Source of the DNA: Eledone cirrhosa
Taxonomy: Eukaryota
Direction: 5' to 3'
DNA length: 64,000 nt
NCBI GenBank assembly: GCA_964016885.1
Contig: OZ024742.1
Span: forward strand, 130,572,001-130,636,000
Below are positions 28,610 to 47,018 of the stretch, piece after piece (the first letter of the stretch is position 1; the number at the start of each line of letters is the position of its first letter). A program made the position numbers and the translations under genes. The notes under the pieces are model-generated. The model saw nothing but the letters and a program-made list of their open reading frames with translations, ran no database searches and had not been told where the DNA came from.

Positions 28610-31600
28610 GATGCGTGAAACATCGCCGGTAAGATTTTTTCTAAATTTATATACGAAAAACAGAACAAATTGTTTGAAAAAACATTATTTTGTAGATTAA
28701 CCCCCAAGCTGAATTGTCAGCTGGGTGGCAATCCCATTTTTCGCCCCTTTAGGGCGAAATTTTTATTTTAAAAATTGTTTTAAAATATAAAATTTTACAA
28801 ACTATTTAACTTGAACAACACAAGAACTCTGGAGAACGTCAATAGAGAAAAGAGAGAGAAAGAGGCAGATATTAACGTTATATCTGTTTCTGCTACTATG
28901 GACGTCGTCATAGATACGACTGTCAACAAAGAGGAAAACATGTTACCACTCGAAAACTGTACAATTTCTACCGTCGAAGCGGAGAAAAATAACACTAACT
29001 CACATGAAAACACAGAAATTAAACCTAATAACATACATACACATGAAAAAGACATCAACAACTCCACAGATACATCTACACATAAAGTTTTACCTCGTCA
29101 AGGAACTGAGATTTCCAAGACCGAGGCTAACAACGACAACAACAACAACAACAACAACAACACCACACAAAAAAAGAAAATGTCTTTCGCTGAAACAGTG
29201 AACAAAAAACAAGATTTTATAAATCTTGATATCTCCAATGTAAGAGATATGCTCCAGCAAGGGAGAAAATTTGTAACTTTCGAAGAAAAAGGTGGGTTTA
29301 GAATTAATTCACCCCTTGAAATAAAGGAAGACACAATTCGCAGATCAGTCACCTTTAAGACTGTGTCAAATTCCACAAGAAAGCCGACATTTGTTAGCCA
29401 AGCCGATATAGAAGCTACTTTCAAGGAAATTCTAGCAAATATCGATTTTCTCCAGCGAGGAAAACAGTACGGAAGTGTTTCCGCCCAAAAACATTCTGTG
29501 ACACCAATGGTGTCAAAAGCATTCACCTTTTTCCCTACATACATGGGAAAAAGGACACAAAAAATAAAAATAAAAAATATACCACCAAACATTAACATCT
29601 GGTGGATCTTGGCTGGCTTCGTAGAGCCAGAAACTGATATGATTCTTTCGATACGAAAATCTATTCGACAAAGGTGGGCGGGTACTGATTTGGAGATTCT
29701 GTTGCAAATGAAGCCGGAGAGAATCTCCAAAATACCCGAAAGAGTCGTCATCGATGATAACAACAAAATAAACATTTCGGTAGAAGGACGAAAATTTCAT
29801 TGCTTTCGCTGTGGTAGCACAGCACACCTAAAAGCCTCTTGTCCACAAACGCACAACAACAACATCATTAAAAAAACACCATTACCAACACCAACACCAA
29901 AACAACGACCACAACCACAAGTACACGACAGACGAAACGAGCAGCCACACCAAAACAAACAGACACTCAACCAACAACAACAGAAAAAACAGAGACAACA
30001 CCCCTGAAGAACACAGCCCTACCCCATCCCACTCCATCAAACACTACGACAAACACACACACCGAAACACCACCACCACACAACATACACCTACCCCACA
30101 CACCTGAAGATGATTATTCATCGACGGATGAAGCTGCTTCTCCTTCTTTAAGAGAAGAAGAGGAGAGCCGCGGAAATCTAAAAAACAAAAAAAGAGACAC
30201 CACAAAACCACCAACACCAACACACAACCACAGACACAAACAACAACACAAACAACACCATAGTAAAACATCCCCCTATCAGCAAAACCAACACCAACAC
30301 CACCCCAAACACAAGCACCCACCTTAAAAAGAAAACTCCCGGACGAACAACAAACTAAAACAACACAACAAAAACGCAAACAACAATACGCATACATCAA
30401 CACAAAGAACAAGAATTTGATGGCGGTCATCTCCCAAAACCCCAAGGTGGAGGGCAAAACTTTCGTCAAGGCTGAATCGTCTCCACACCTTAAACTTATA
30501 AGGGTTTCTATGGAAACCTATAATGACCTAAAAAATAAATTTTCACAGGGCGTGGGCAACCCCTGCCAGAAACCCATCAACCGCGTCCTGTTAAAATGTT
30601 TCCCCACCCAAATGGAGATTGAACAACCCGATCGCCAGGAAACGAAAAGGTTAGTGCACTTTTCGTCCTTTTTCTCGAACTATTCTTCACCAACATGGCT
30701 AGTTTACGAGTTGGAAGCGTGAATGTGCCTTGGGATGCCCTGGAAACAGGGCCAACTTTTAAACGACCTTAGGTCACACGGTATGGATATGATAGCCATC
30801 ACCGAGTCCAGGATCCACAACAGGCAGCAACTAACCCCCATCTTCGACGACTTTGAGATCTACGCATCTCTCTGTAAGCCAGGAGGTGGGAGTCGAGTGG
30901 CTGTCATGTTTCGGAAGGACCTGGACGTCGAAGTACAGCAAGTACACTTGGACCCGGAGGGTAGACTGGTAGTCCTAGACGTGAACAGTATTGGAGGTGG
31001 AGCCTTCAGACTGGTGGCCGTTTATGCCCCGATCGGGCAATCGCAATCACGGCCAGACTTCTTTAAGCGTCTAGAGTCTTTTCTGGGAACGTCTCGCTCC
31101 TTACTTTCAGTGGGGGACTGGAATAGTATCCTAGATGCACGATGGAACTATGTGGTAGCATGTCCCAGTAGAGCGGGGTGCAACAGCCTCAAAACTTTAA
31201 TCGGCCAATTCCAACTGTCCGATAGGTACCGACTGGATTTCCCGACTGCACCACAGTGGACGTGGGCAAACCGCAGCGGGACATCTAGATTGTATTTAGA
31301 GAAAAACAGAATAGAAAGAGAACTAGTAGCCAAGGTAGAGGAGGCACTTAGAAGTGGCAACGCGGGTAGAGTGTTAGCGTCGAGAACGGCACTGGACCAG
31401 TTCTTCGATGCGAAACACGAAGGCTACGTGGTCAGAAGTAAAACACGTGCTCTTGGAAACGAAGGAGCGAAAGCTGTCAGCTGGGCCTGAGTGGCGGAGG
31501 CAAGAAGTGGCAACAAGTCCACGAATTGGTCTTTGAAAGACCAAAACGGACGCGTGCTACTTGACCCCAAGCAAATGTGTGCGGCCATTCAGCAGCACCT

Positions 31601-34034
31601 TGCACGACTGTTTGAGCATAACGACGGTGAGCCGAACGGGGCAATGGACTTTAGTTCATACCTCAACGGTCTGCCGCGTCTCTCGAACACTGACGCCGAG
31701 TTCTGCGATAGACCGATCACGGACACTGAGATACGGGACATTCTGGGCCGCTGCGGGAAACGCAAGTCACCCGGCCTAGATGGTCTACCCTATGAGTTTT
31801 ACATAGGCATGTCGGACTTGTTCTCTGGCGTCCTCGAAGCCGTCTACTGCAATGGCAGCAGAACGGGAGAATTCCCAGTTCTGCAGACAAGGGCGTAGTA
31901 ACGCTGATCAGGAAAGACGAGAACAAGGGGGACCAAATTAACAACTTCAGGCCCATAACTCTGCTCAACACAGAGTTAAAGATTTTGGCCAAGGTGCTAG
32001 CGACGAGGTTGGCGCTTGTCGAGAACCTGGTAGGAAAAGCGCAAACGTGTGCAATCCTGACCAGGTCCATACACGACAACCTCCACCGCATGCGATACAT
32101 CATAGAGAGGGTGGGTAGTAAACCCGGCTTCGGTGGGGCTCTGATCAATTTGGATCAGTCTAAGGCATTCGATAGGGTCGACCATCGATACTTGGAAGCG
32201 GTTCTCAAGGTGGCCGGTTTCGGTCCCGTGTTCAGAGGCTGGATCGAGGCGATGCACACCAGCATCTGCTCGAGGGTCAAGGTGAACGGCTACCTATCGG
32301 AGTCGTTCGCAATCACGCGTTCCATTCAACAGGGGTGTTCTCTCTCCTCCATGCTGTATGTATTGAATCTCGAGCCACTACTGCGGAAATTGGAGCTATT
32401 GCAGGGCATCCCTCTAGAACCGGGACTGCGCAAAGCGGCGTGGGCTTATGCTGACGACGTAACGGTAATGGTGTCGAGCACCTCGGAAATCGGGGTGATG
32501 GGCAACTTACTGAAAGAATACGAAACGCTGACGGGAGCAAAACTAAACCCGGACAAGTCTGTCGGTTTGCAACTCGGTACGCGGAGAGGCAAACCAATGA
32601 CGTCCGACAGTGTCGTTGGACGCTGGACGGACCGGTGAAATTGCTCGGGGTCTGGTTCGGTCCAGACCTCCAGGTGGAGAAAAACTGGAACGAGGTCACG
32701 GCCAAGGTGTTTGCACTCACCCAGAAGTGGGCAGAGGGCAAACTGTTCTTGAAAGGTCGAGCGGAGGTGGCGAACACTTTCATAGCGTCCGTCATCTACT
32801 ACCGCTTGACTGTCATGCCTTGTCCCCGAGAACACCTCACCAAGATGGAACGCATGCTCTTCCAGTTTCTGTGGAAGAAGCAGGCTCCGCTGGTGAGGAG
32901 ATCCGTCTGCTGTCAGCACCCTTCCAACGGAGGGCTGGGAATGCCGTGGGTGATGATGCGCAACCATGCGCTGAGGCTGCGGCATCTCCAGGTATTCCTC
33001 ACCGACCCCCAACCGGTGTGGGCACCGTTTGTGAGACAGGCTTTCCCACAGCTCGTCTCGCTGACGGAGCTGCAGTCCTGGGTGAAGAAAAGACCGAAAA
33101 CGATGTGCGCTTGGCACATTGAATGCGCTCAGGCGCTCACAGTCCTCTGGCAAGCGGGCGCAGCAATCAGTGGAGACTCCACTTCGACATTCTATAGAGG
33201 GATTGTACGTTACAAGGGCGACGACGTGCTCGGAGAGACTCTGGGCGTCGAAGACGATGAGCTCACCAGTCTGTTTGGTAGGACTTTCCGCCCGGGACCT
33301 ATGGACAACTTCCAGAGGTCCCTGGCCTGGCAGTGCTACCGAGGAGCTCTACTGGTTCGTGACAAGTTCCACAGGCACGGACGCCCCGGCAGGGATCCTT
33401 TCAAGAAGATGTGTCCAAGATGCGCGCAGGACATTGAAACAGTCCTGCACGCAATTGTACACTGCCCGGGCGTAACCGACCTGTGGAACTATGCAGAACA
33501 ACTGCTGTCGCGTATGGGACAAATCCAGTTGACTGCCGAGTCCATAGTAAGGATCAAACCACCAGCCTCTTTCAAAAACGAAAGAGAGGCGGTTTTCCTT
33601 TGTAGGGTGGCTATGGTGAAAGAAGTTATATGGTGGACGAGATTGAGAGGACTGAGGACGGATGCCTTTCTCTCCGGACAACAATTGATTCCCTTCTTTA
33701 AGTATCACTTTAGAAGGAGAATCAGAGTGGAGAGAGAGGCACCCAATGTAAATTTACTGAAAGGTGAGTGAATGGGCCTTCTCTGTTTATAAGCCTGTAG
33801 GTTGAAGAGGAGAGCTAAAGGAAGAAAAGAACACTTGCACAACACGCTCCTGGAGTTGAGGGTTGTTCTATCGACGGCGTATTAAACAACCCATTTGTAG
33901 CGCCTCTCCCCTATTGGGGATTTCGATTGTTGTAATTGTTTGTTTTTATATTTTTTACACGACTGTATGTAAAATCTCCGGCATGTCTTTGTATTGTCCC
34001 CTTTTCTTGTGCGCCCTTGTGGCAAATAAAGAAA
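28610..34034 (+). mobile_element. Near full-length Tx1/L1-clade LINE, pseudogenised
   Basis: ORF1 28811-~30680 carries a CCHC knuckle CFRCGSTAHLKASC. ORF2 from ATG ~30695 has APE motifs, SPGLDG, FRPITLLN, LDQSKAFDRV, QGC.LS, YADD and CPRC..HAIVHC. An internal deletion lies near 31300, and the element ends AATAAAGAAA followed by (TATC)n. Confidence 0.95.
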
Positions 34035-34300
34035 TATATCTATCTATCTATCTATCTATTTATTTTATCTATCTATCTACACTCAGACACATGCATAACA
34101 CACACTTATATATATATACACCAGTATATACACACACATATATATGTATATTGTATAAACTATGAAAATTAATAATGACTCTACTTATTGACAAGTCTAG
34201 TGAATATTATTTTAATCTCACGCAATGTTGTGGTTATAAGGAAATTTCATTAATATTATCTGCCTTATTATTATTATTATCATCATCATCATCATCATCA

Positions 34301-34344
<44 letters not shown>

Positions 34345-34591
34345 GTCATCATATTTTTTTAATAATGTGTAATGTTTTTTTTGTTATGTGTTGTCATTGT
34401 GCTCTTCCCAATTGTTATATTTTTTTAAATTTCATGTTTGTGGACCTTTTTTGGTTTCGTAAATATAATTTTGTACATATATATTATTTTCTACTGAAAT
34501 AAGATTGTGTGTATGTATGTATGTATGTATGTATGTATGTATGTATGTATGTATGTATGTATGTATGTATGTATGTATGTATGTATGTATG

Positions 34592-34626
34592 TTCTTCTGG
34601 TTTTATAATTTCACACAGTTTTACCA

Positions 34627-34629
<3 letters not shown>
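34592..34629 (-). mobile_element. 38-bp extreme 3' end of the R4/Dong-like LINE inside pure (TATG)n
   Basis: Reverse complement of 23321-23358. Confidence 0.9.
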
Positions 34630-34657
<28 letters not shown>

Positions 34658-34706
34658 TGTATGTATGTATGTATGTATGTATGTATGTATGTATGTATGT
34701 ATGTAT

Positions 34707-34800
34707 GACTAAAAAGTCACACTCGTTCAGCGCATCGGTAGGGGTTCTTCTACATGGATATAAAGTAGTGGCCGTACTCGAAAACGAGTTGGCAGCCACC
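34707..34800 (+). mobile_element. 3'-terminal 94 bp of the RTE derivative inside (TATG)n
   Basis: Matches 15589-15681. Confidence 0.9.
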
Positions 34801-34877
34801 ATGTATGTATGTAAGTATGTATGTATGTATGTATGTATGTATGTATGTATGTATGTATGTATGTATGTATGTATGTA

Positions 34878-35322
34878 CAACCTGTCCCATGGTCGGGTCG
34901 TTGGCGACTAAACTGGCAACCCCACCAAGGTTTCTTGGTGAGGAGGGTGACTTTGGACAGCCTGCAGGACTAAAAACAAAACCTGTCAAAGGGCAAAGGA
35001 GCTCTTAAGAGTTAATGGCCATCCAAAATCACCGGGAGAGATGACCCCTTAGCCTTTGTCAAGGCAGAATTCTAGGAGAAGGAAAACTCTGATATAACAC
35101 CTGCAACCCTGATGGTATCCAATGATGTTGACTTGTTTTTCTTTTTGGTAAATATCATCTTGGTTAAGAGAGTGGGACTGGCTTTGTGCAGTGCCTTTGC
35201 TCACTATAAAAGCTTCACGGCACAGGCATTGCTTTATATCTGGAGATCTCTCTGCACTTGTCGTCACATGGTACCATGGGCCCAGCACTATGTGTCAATA
35301 ATTGTCACAAGTGTAGTGTTTG
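34878..35322 (+). mobile_element. RTE derivative with the longest 5' part, 3'-truncated
   Basis: 34878-34995 is homologous to the RTE 5' UTR at 18730-18855 (-); the remainder matches 15318-15564. Confidence 0.88.
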
Positions 35323-35622
35323 TATGTATGTGTTTGTGTATGTATGTATGTGTTTGTGTATGTATGTATGTATGTGTGTATGTATGTATGTGTGTATGTG
35401 TGTATGTATTTGTGTATGTATGTATATTTTTCTTGTTTCATTGGCAGTATCGGTAGAGGGTCTGACGCCATGCTTTTCAGCAAATAGTTACGGCCCTTTA
35501 TGGTCTGAGTTCAAATCCCGCCGAGGTTAACTTTGCCTTTCATCCTTACGGGGTCGATAAAATAAAGTACCAGTAATACACTGGGATAATTGCTGGCCTT
35601 GTGCCAAAAGTAGAAACAATTC

Positions 35623-35729
35623 TTTTATAAATTTTTACCAATAGAGAAAAAGTTGGTTTCTATCATAGACACAAGACTCTTTCATTGGAATTTAGACATC
35701 TACTAGGTAAGGTAAATATGTCTGCATGC

Positions 35730-35796
<67 letters not shown>

Positions 35797-36083
35797 TGCA
35801 GCTATGGATGTTATTGTATGTGTGGGTCTGCATGCTTTGAGTTATATGTGTACACGTGCATATGTTTTGTATCCATACATGTGTATATGTTGTTATTACA
35901 TGCAGAACTTTTGGAATTCTTTACATATTTTTACTGTTTCATTAATGGATTGTACTTGTAACTTCCTAACTAGTCGAGTTCTTCTGGTTGTGTGAAGCCC
36001 AGCTTCTTAAGATTTGTACTGAGGCAGTTAGTAACATATCACAGAATCCCAATAATCACAGGTATAAATCTGAAGGTATAGTC
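35623..36083 (-). mobile_element. Older R4/Dong-like 3' fragment
   Basis: Diverged homology to ~22940-23345. Confidence 0.85.
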
Positions 36084-36895
36084 ACAGAATCTTAACAGAC
36101 CATTTGATTAGTGAAAACATTGTGCAAAACTAGTGCCCAAACACTTGTCTGTGGGGCAGAAAGCAAACCGGTAAGAAATTTGTCTCAATTTGATTGAAAG
36201 ACTCGAAATTTAGCCAAATTTCTTGGATAAAGTAATAACTGGAGATGAATCGTGGGTGTTCGGGTACATCCAAAGACAAAACTATAATGTGAGAATTGGC
36301 ACACGAAAAATTCTCCTCGTCCGAAGAAAGCACCCATGAGGAGAAACAGGGTGAAAACGATGATTATCATTTTGTTCAACAGCTGTGGTATTGTTCAAAA
36401 AGAAGTTTTACCTCCATCACAGACAGTTAATCACACCTTCTACAAAGATGTCTTGAAATGACTTCGAACATGTGTCCAGCGAGTCCGAATGGACATTGCA
36501 GGAGATTGGTTACTGCACCACTTTAACACACCTGCAAACACAGCTCTTTCAATTAGAGAATTTCTGGCGAAAAAAAAAAGATTCCGATTCATCCACATCC
36601 TCCCTTCACTTCAGATCTAGTTCAATGTGATTTTTTCCTCTTCCCCAAGCTGAAATCGAAGTTGAACTGTCATCATTTTGAAACCGTGGAAAACAGTAAA
36701 AATTGTAAGCGACGAGCTAAGGTCACCCACAAAAAATAACGCCCAGTACTGTTACAATCAATGGGAACAACTTTGGAATCATTGTGCGACTTCCCAAGGG
36801 TCGTGTTTTGAAGGAGATAGCTTGTAATTTTATGTTCGTCTAATCTAAATTTAAATAAAACATTAGTACACTTACTTTGGGAACAAAGCTCGTGT
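36084..36895 (+). mobile_element. Mariner transposase remnant, 3' two-thirds
   Basis: Decayed motifs CAKLVPKHL, DKVITGDESWVFGY, HPPFTSDL..CDFFLFPKLK (YSPDLAPxD-like) and G..FEGD. Confidence 0.9.
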
Positions 36896-36900
36896 ATACG

Positions 36901-36933
<33 letters not shown>

Positions 36934-36934
36934 T

Positions 36935-41600
<4,666 letters not shown>

Positions 41601-41891
41601 CACCTTTCCAGTTTTTATATTTGAAAGTATATATATATATACATATACATACATACACACACACACATATATATATATACATATATATATATATATGTAT
41701 GTATATCGGTATATACATATGCGCGCGCCTGTGTGTATGTGTATATATATATACACATACAAACGCGCGCACGTATATATACATATTTATATGTATATAC
41801 TCGTATATATGTATATATATGTATATATATATATATATACGCGCAAACACTCTTATTTATATCTCTCCGCCACTCATGCTCTCTCTGTATC

Positions 41892-42015
<124 letters not shown>

Positions 42016-42034
42016 CATACATACATACACATAC

Positions 42035-42071
<37 letters not shown>

Positions 42072-42082
42072 CACATACATAC

Positions 42083-42127
<45 letters not shown>

Positions 42128-42134
42128 TACATAC

Positions 42135-42213
<79 letters not shown>

Positions 42214-43333
42214 TGAATGTGTATATGCTGCCCGTTTTTGTGTTTGTGCGTCTATGCCTGTCTGCCCGTGTATATTATATACTCTATATGTGAACGGCGT
42301 TTGTGGATTCTACTGCTTAATAAATTAAAAATTGGTTCATGGCAGTCGATAATCTGAAGTTTTATGGGTCATCAGCCAGTAATGTGACACGTTCCACTGA
42401 TCTGTCCTGAGCAACCTGCTCTCTGTAATATTTACTACGATCACAACGTTAGATGCAAGGAAGGAAGGAAGGAAGGAAGGAAGGAGATGGAAAAATACGG
42501 ATCGCCTTCACCACCACAATCTCTACTACTGCCAGCAATACTGTCACCACCACCGCCGCCGCCACCACCACCACCACCACCACCACGACCTACCAGCAGC
42601 ACCAGCAGCACCGTCAACCAAATTCACTACCACCAGCAGTACCAGCAGCATCCCCACCACCTTCACTACCAGCAGCACTAGCGCAACCACCACCAACCAC
42701 CTTCACCGCCGGCCACCACCACCTCCGTCGCCGGCACCACCGCCACCACCTTCACCAGCACCACTATTACTTCTACCCCCCCTCCCCTCCCTCCGCAACA
42801 CCACCTCCTCCCCCACCATCAGCATCCTACTCCAATAACACCTCCGACTACCACCGTCGTATCTTTGCCACCATCACCATACCCAGCAATGAGTAAGCAT
42901 CCATATTCGCGCTAGACCTGCTAGAAATAACAGTCAAATTCTCATTAAACCACATTCCAATATCTTAAAATTGTAAGGACATATCACATAATGTAGTTTT
43001 ATTAAACTGTCTGAAACGAAGAAGGGATGGTCATAGTTGGAACGCTTTAATCACAGAACTGTTTCACCAGAGCAAACCTACACCCCACCATTTTGGCAGT
43101 ATCGGTAGAGAGTTGGACGCCATGCTTTCTAGCATAGTTACGTCCCTTTACAGTCTGAGTTCAAATCCCGCCGAGGTTAACTTTGCCTTTCATCCTTACA
43201 GGGTCGATAAAATAAAGTACCAGTAACGTACTGGTTAATTGCTGGCCTTGTGCCTAAAGTAGAAACAATTATTACCATTACAAACAGCACTAACAGCCAA
43301 CCAATATAGGAGCCTCTAGAAACAGAAACCAAA

Positions 43334-43538
43334 TTCTTCTTCTTCTTCTTCTTCTTCTTCTTCTTCTTCTTCTTCTTCTTCTTCTTCTTCTTCTTCTTCT
43401 TCTTCTTCTTCTTCTCCTCCTCCTCCTCCTCCTCCTTCTTCTTCTTCTTCTTCTTCTTCTTCTTCTTCTTCTTCTTCTTCTTCTTCTTCTTCTTCTTCTT
43501 CTTCTTCTTCTTCTTCTTCTTCTTCTTCTTCTTCTTCT
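43334..43538. repeat. (TTC)n/(TCC)n microsatellite
   Basis: Direct reading. Confidence 0.97.
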
Positions 43539-43807
43539 AACAAGTGGATTGGCAGTATAGGTAGAGGGTCGGACGCCATGCTTTGCAGCAAAGAGTTACG
43601 ACCCTTTATGGTCTGAGTTCAAATCCCGCTGAGGTTAACTTTGCCTTTCATCCTTACGGGGTCGATAAAATAAAGTACCAGTAATACACCGGGGTAATTG
43701 CTGGCCTTGTGCCAAAAGTAGAAACAATTATTATCACTATTGACCAACACAAACTATACAGGAGTCTTGGGTACATTTTGCTGTAGGAAAGAAACCCGAG
43801 AAGATTA

Positions 43808-44646
43808 CGACTGGAACACTTTCGATCATAGGTTTACTCATCTAGAGTTAACCTTGGTGGACCCGGTGCAGTTCAGATTTGGGTGTGGTGGTACTCAGGG
43901 CTGTTCCTAGTCAGGGCTCTGTTTGACAAGGGGTACGCAGGGCATCTGCCCTCTTCCCTGATTACCAGGGTAAATGCTCAGTGATGGTGGGGGATGAATC
44001 CGGACTACAACCAACTATGGTGCCTCCATCTTATGTATCTCCTATTTAAACTGTCTGCAGATGGAATACGCGAGTCTCTCATCTCTTGGGTGGGGTTTTT
44101 CAGTCAAATCGCATCCTCGTGGGGTGTGCTGACGGCCTTCTCTGTGATCCATAGACTATTTAATCTGATGTGCTACAAGGTTCCGTTTTAGACCCCCACC
44201 CCACACACATTTCGTCCAATACATCAACAACATACTGTTATCTCCCGCATCATCCACTTTTCACTCTGACCTAACTTTGCACACCCAGCATCATTTTAAT
44301 GTAACAAAGATGCACTGATTCTATGGAAATAGGGTCCTGCTTGATAATCTTGTCTCCTTCAATAGCATAAACATGTCAATATAATCCCTCTTCTTTCCTC
44401 TAAACGTGACCAACTCGCAACTAAACCATCAATAAGGCCAGGACTGCTTGGGCCCCACCATTGCTGGGCACCTACTCTGGTCATCTCATATCCTCCACAT
44501 AACTAAGACCACACCATAAAGACTGGTTTTCCTATTCAGTGATATAAAATACGCCAGCCCCAACTAGCAACTACTAACCCTTTACGAGCCGACTGGAACA
44601 CTTTCGATCATAGGCTTACTCATCTAGTGTTAACGTTGGTGGACCC
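43808..44646. repeat. 57-bp direct repeats (43808-43864, 44590-44646) flanking ~725 bp of unidentified sequence
   Basis: CGACTGGAACACTTTCGATCATAGG.TTACTCATCTAG.GTTAAC.TTGGTGGACCC occurs twice. Confidence 0.88.
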
Positions 44647-45885
44647 TGCGCGGTCACTCGACCTACTAGAAATATGTTTTTTAAATCATAACCTACTGAA
44701 CTGAGAAACGTTAGGGCACACCGGATAAACTAACCTGGGGTTAAACAACAGTAGTATTTCCACATATCTTATCCTACTGTCTTAAAAAATGAAGGAAACA
44801 TTGAAAATATATAAAAAGTGGGATGTTCTCTACAGGAACGGCGTTGGTCTTAGGTTTGCACAATCATCATTGGTGAATTGGCAGTATCGGTAGAGCGTCG
44901 GACGCCATGCTTTGACGCATAGAGTTACGTCCTTTGCTATTCTGAATTCAAATCCCGCCGAGGTTAACTTTGACTTTCATCCTTACGGGGTCGATAAAAT
45001 AAAGTACCAGTAATGCACTGGAGTAATTGCTGGCCTTGTGCCAAAAGTAGAAACAATTATTATCATCATCATCATCATCATTATCACCATTAGAAGAAGA
45101 AGAAAAAGAAGAAGAAGAAGAAGAAGAAGAAGGATGGAGGCAATAATAATAATATCTAACATCTTTACCAATGCAAACAGCTCTTGCACCACCACCACAT
45201 CCAGCACCCCTCCTCTACTACTACTACTACTACTATACACTCATCATTATCACTATCTCCAACATCTATGGACCTTTAACTCCTGATGTAGTCCCAGGTG
45301 CATTGTCGCGACACAGCATGTATTTATACCTGGCGTCTGTGTGAGAGAGAAGGAAAGAGAGGGAGAGAGAGAGAGAGATAGATAGAGAGAGAGAGAGAAA
45401 TAGCAGAAAAATCGATCCCAGTACTGGTATTTTATTTATCGATCTCGAAAGAATGAAAATCAAAGTTGACTTTGGAAGGATTCGAACTCAAAGATCAGTG
45501 ATACAGAAACAAAGGATTCAATCTAACTTCCTCACCACTCTGCTAGTTCGTCGCTAAACCATCGCCAACACCAATATAAACAGTATACGTGCGTCCCACC
45601 GCAAATGACCATAATAAGAGTCGATCACTATAAATGATAATTCAGAAAATCAGGTAAAATACTCCTGACCGAAAAAAATGAGGCAGAGGCGTCTGCAAGG
45701 AGCCGAACACTTATTTTTCAGACATCGGAGGAATATATTAACCATTACGCCACAGAGCCGATGGCCACCAATTTCCCCTTTTTAGACGATTTTAATCAAG
45801 TGTAAATAAATCTATTAGGAAGCATTGGGAAAATTTGAAATTTGAAATGTGTGCTTCCCAACGCAAATAATCATAATAATAGTCA

Positions 45886-46146
45886 ACCAAAAGTCAGCTC
45901 AAAAGTGACACAGAGGAGACTGAGGTTAGCCGGACATGCTCACCGACATCCAGAGTTGACACTTCACTCAGTGCTCCTATGGGATCCCACTGGAAGAAGA
46001 AGACCGAAGTTAACATATGTTGATGCCCTAAGGGCAGACACTGGTCTGTTGGAGACGCAGGACATGGCAGCGATAATGAGGGAAAGAGACCGCTGGAGAA
46101 AACTCGTCCATGGATCTCGGGAATTTTACCCGCCCTAGATAGATAG
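45886..46146 (+). mobile_element. RTE/RTEX-like LINE 3' fragment with (TAGA)n tail
   Basis: RRLRLAGHAHRH..LLW.P..RP.LTYVD..RDRWR; near-identical to 62955-63230. Confidence 0.85.
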
Positions 46147-46420
46147 AAAGATAGTCAACCACCATAAATAATAGTTGAGAAAATCGGGCAAAGTACTCCA
46201 GGAGTAATTTTCCTAATGCTTCTTTAGTCAACTTCTTAATATAGATAGTATGCAATAGTTTTATGGTTTTAATGACTTAGTAAGAGGAAAAAGGACAGTG
46301 TCGTGGCTTTTTTAGGGTATTTGGTATTGGTGGGAGGGAGGAATGCTTGCAAAAGAGTGGTGTGTATATATGTGTGTGTGTATGTATGTGTGTGTGTGTG
46401 TGTGGGTGTGTGTGTGTGTG

Positions 46421-46460
<40 letters not shown>

Positions 46461-46926
46461 TATGTGTGTGTGTGTGTGTGTTCATATGGGTGTAAGTGCG
46501 TGTGTGTTTTAGACCTCTGCCGGTTCCGACGATCAGTGTTCTAGTTGATTCGATCAACGCAACATCCTGATCGTGAAGTTCACGTGCAAGTGGCTGAGCA
46601 TTCTGCAGACACGTGAAACTTTAACTTAATTCTCAGGGAGATTTAGTGTGACACTCAGTGTAACGAAGCTGCCTCCTTTAAATTACAGATTTAGGCAATC
46701 CGATGGGCTTCGAAACAATTTGCGTCCACCCAATTTCACTCACAAGGCCTGACTTAACCCGATGCTATGGTAAATGACATTTGCCCAAGATTCCACGCAC
46801 TGGGATCAAACCCGGGACCTAATAATAGCGGAGAAAACTTCTTAATAATTCGTCAATGCAGCGTCCACACTCAACTTGTATTAAATCACAGAGAGCTACA
46901 CCCACACAACCGCTATCTACTTTCAC

Positions 46927-47018
<92 letters not shown>

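Noticed and set aside
34505-35330. CRISPR-like repeat-spacer pattern
   Set aside because: The repeats are variable-length microsatellites and the spacers are retroelement ends; there are no cas genes and the DNA is eukaryotic.
42453-42896. Pro/Thr/His/Gln-rich ORF resembling a transcription-factor low-complexity region
   Set aside because: Degenerate (CCA)n repeat with no domain or splice support.
43316-43591. Poly-Glu ORF
   Set aside because: (GAA)n microsatellite adjoining a SINE.
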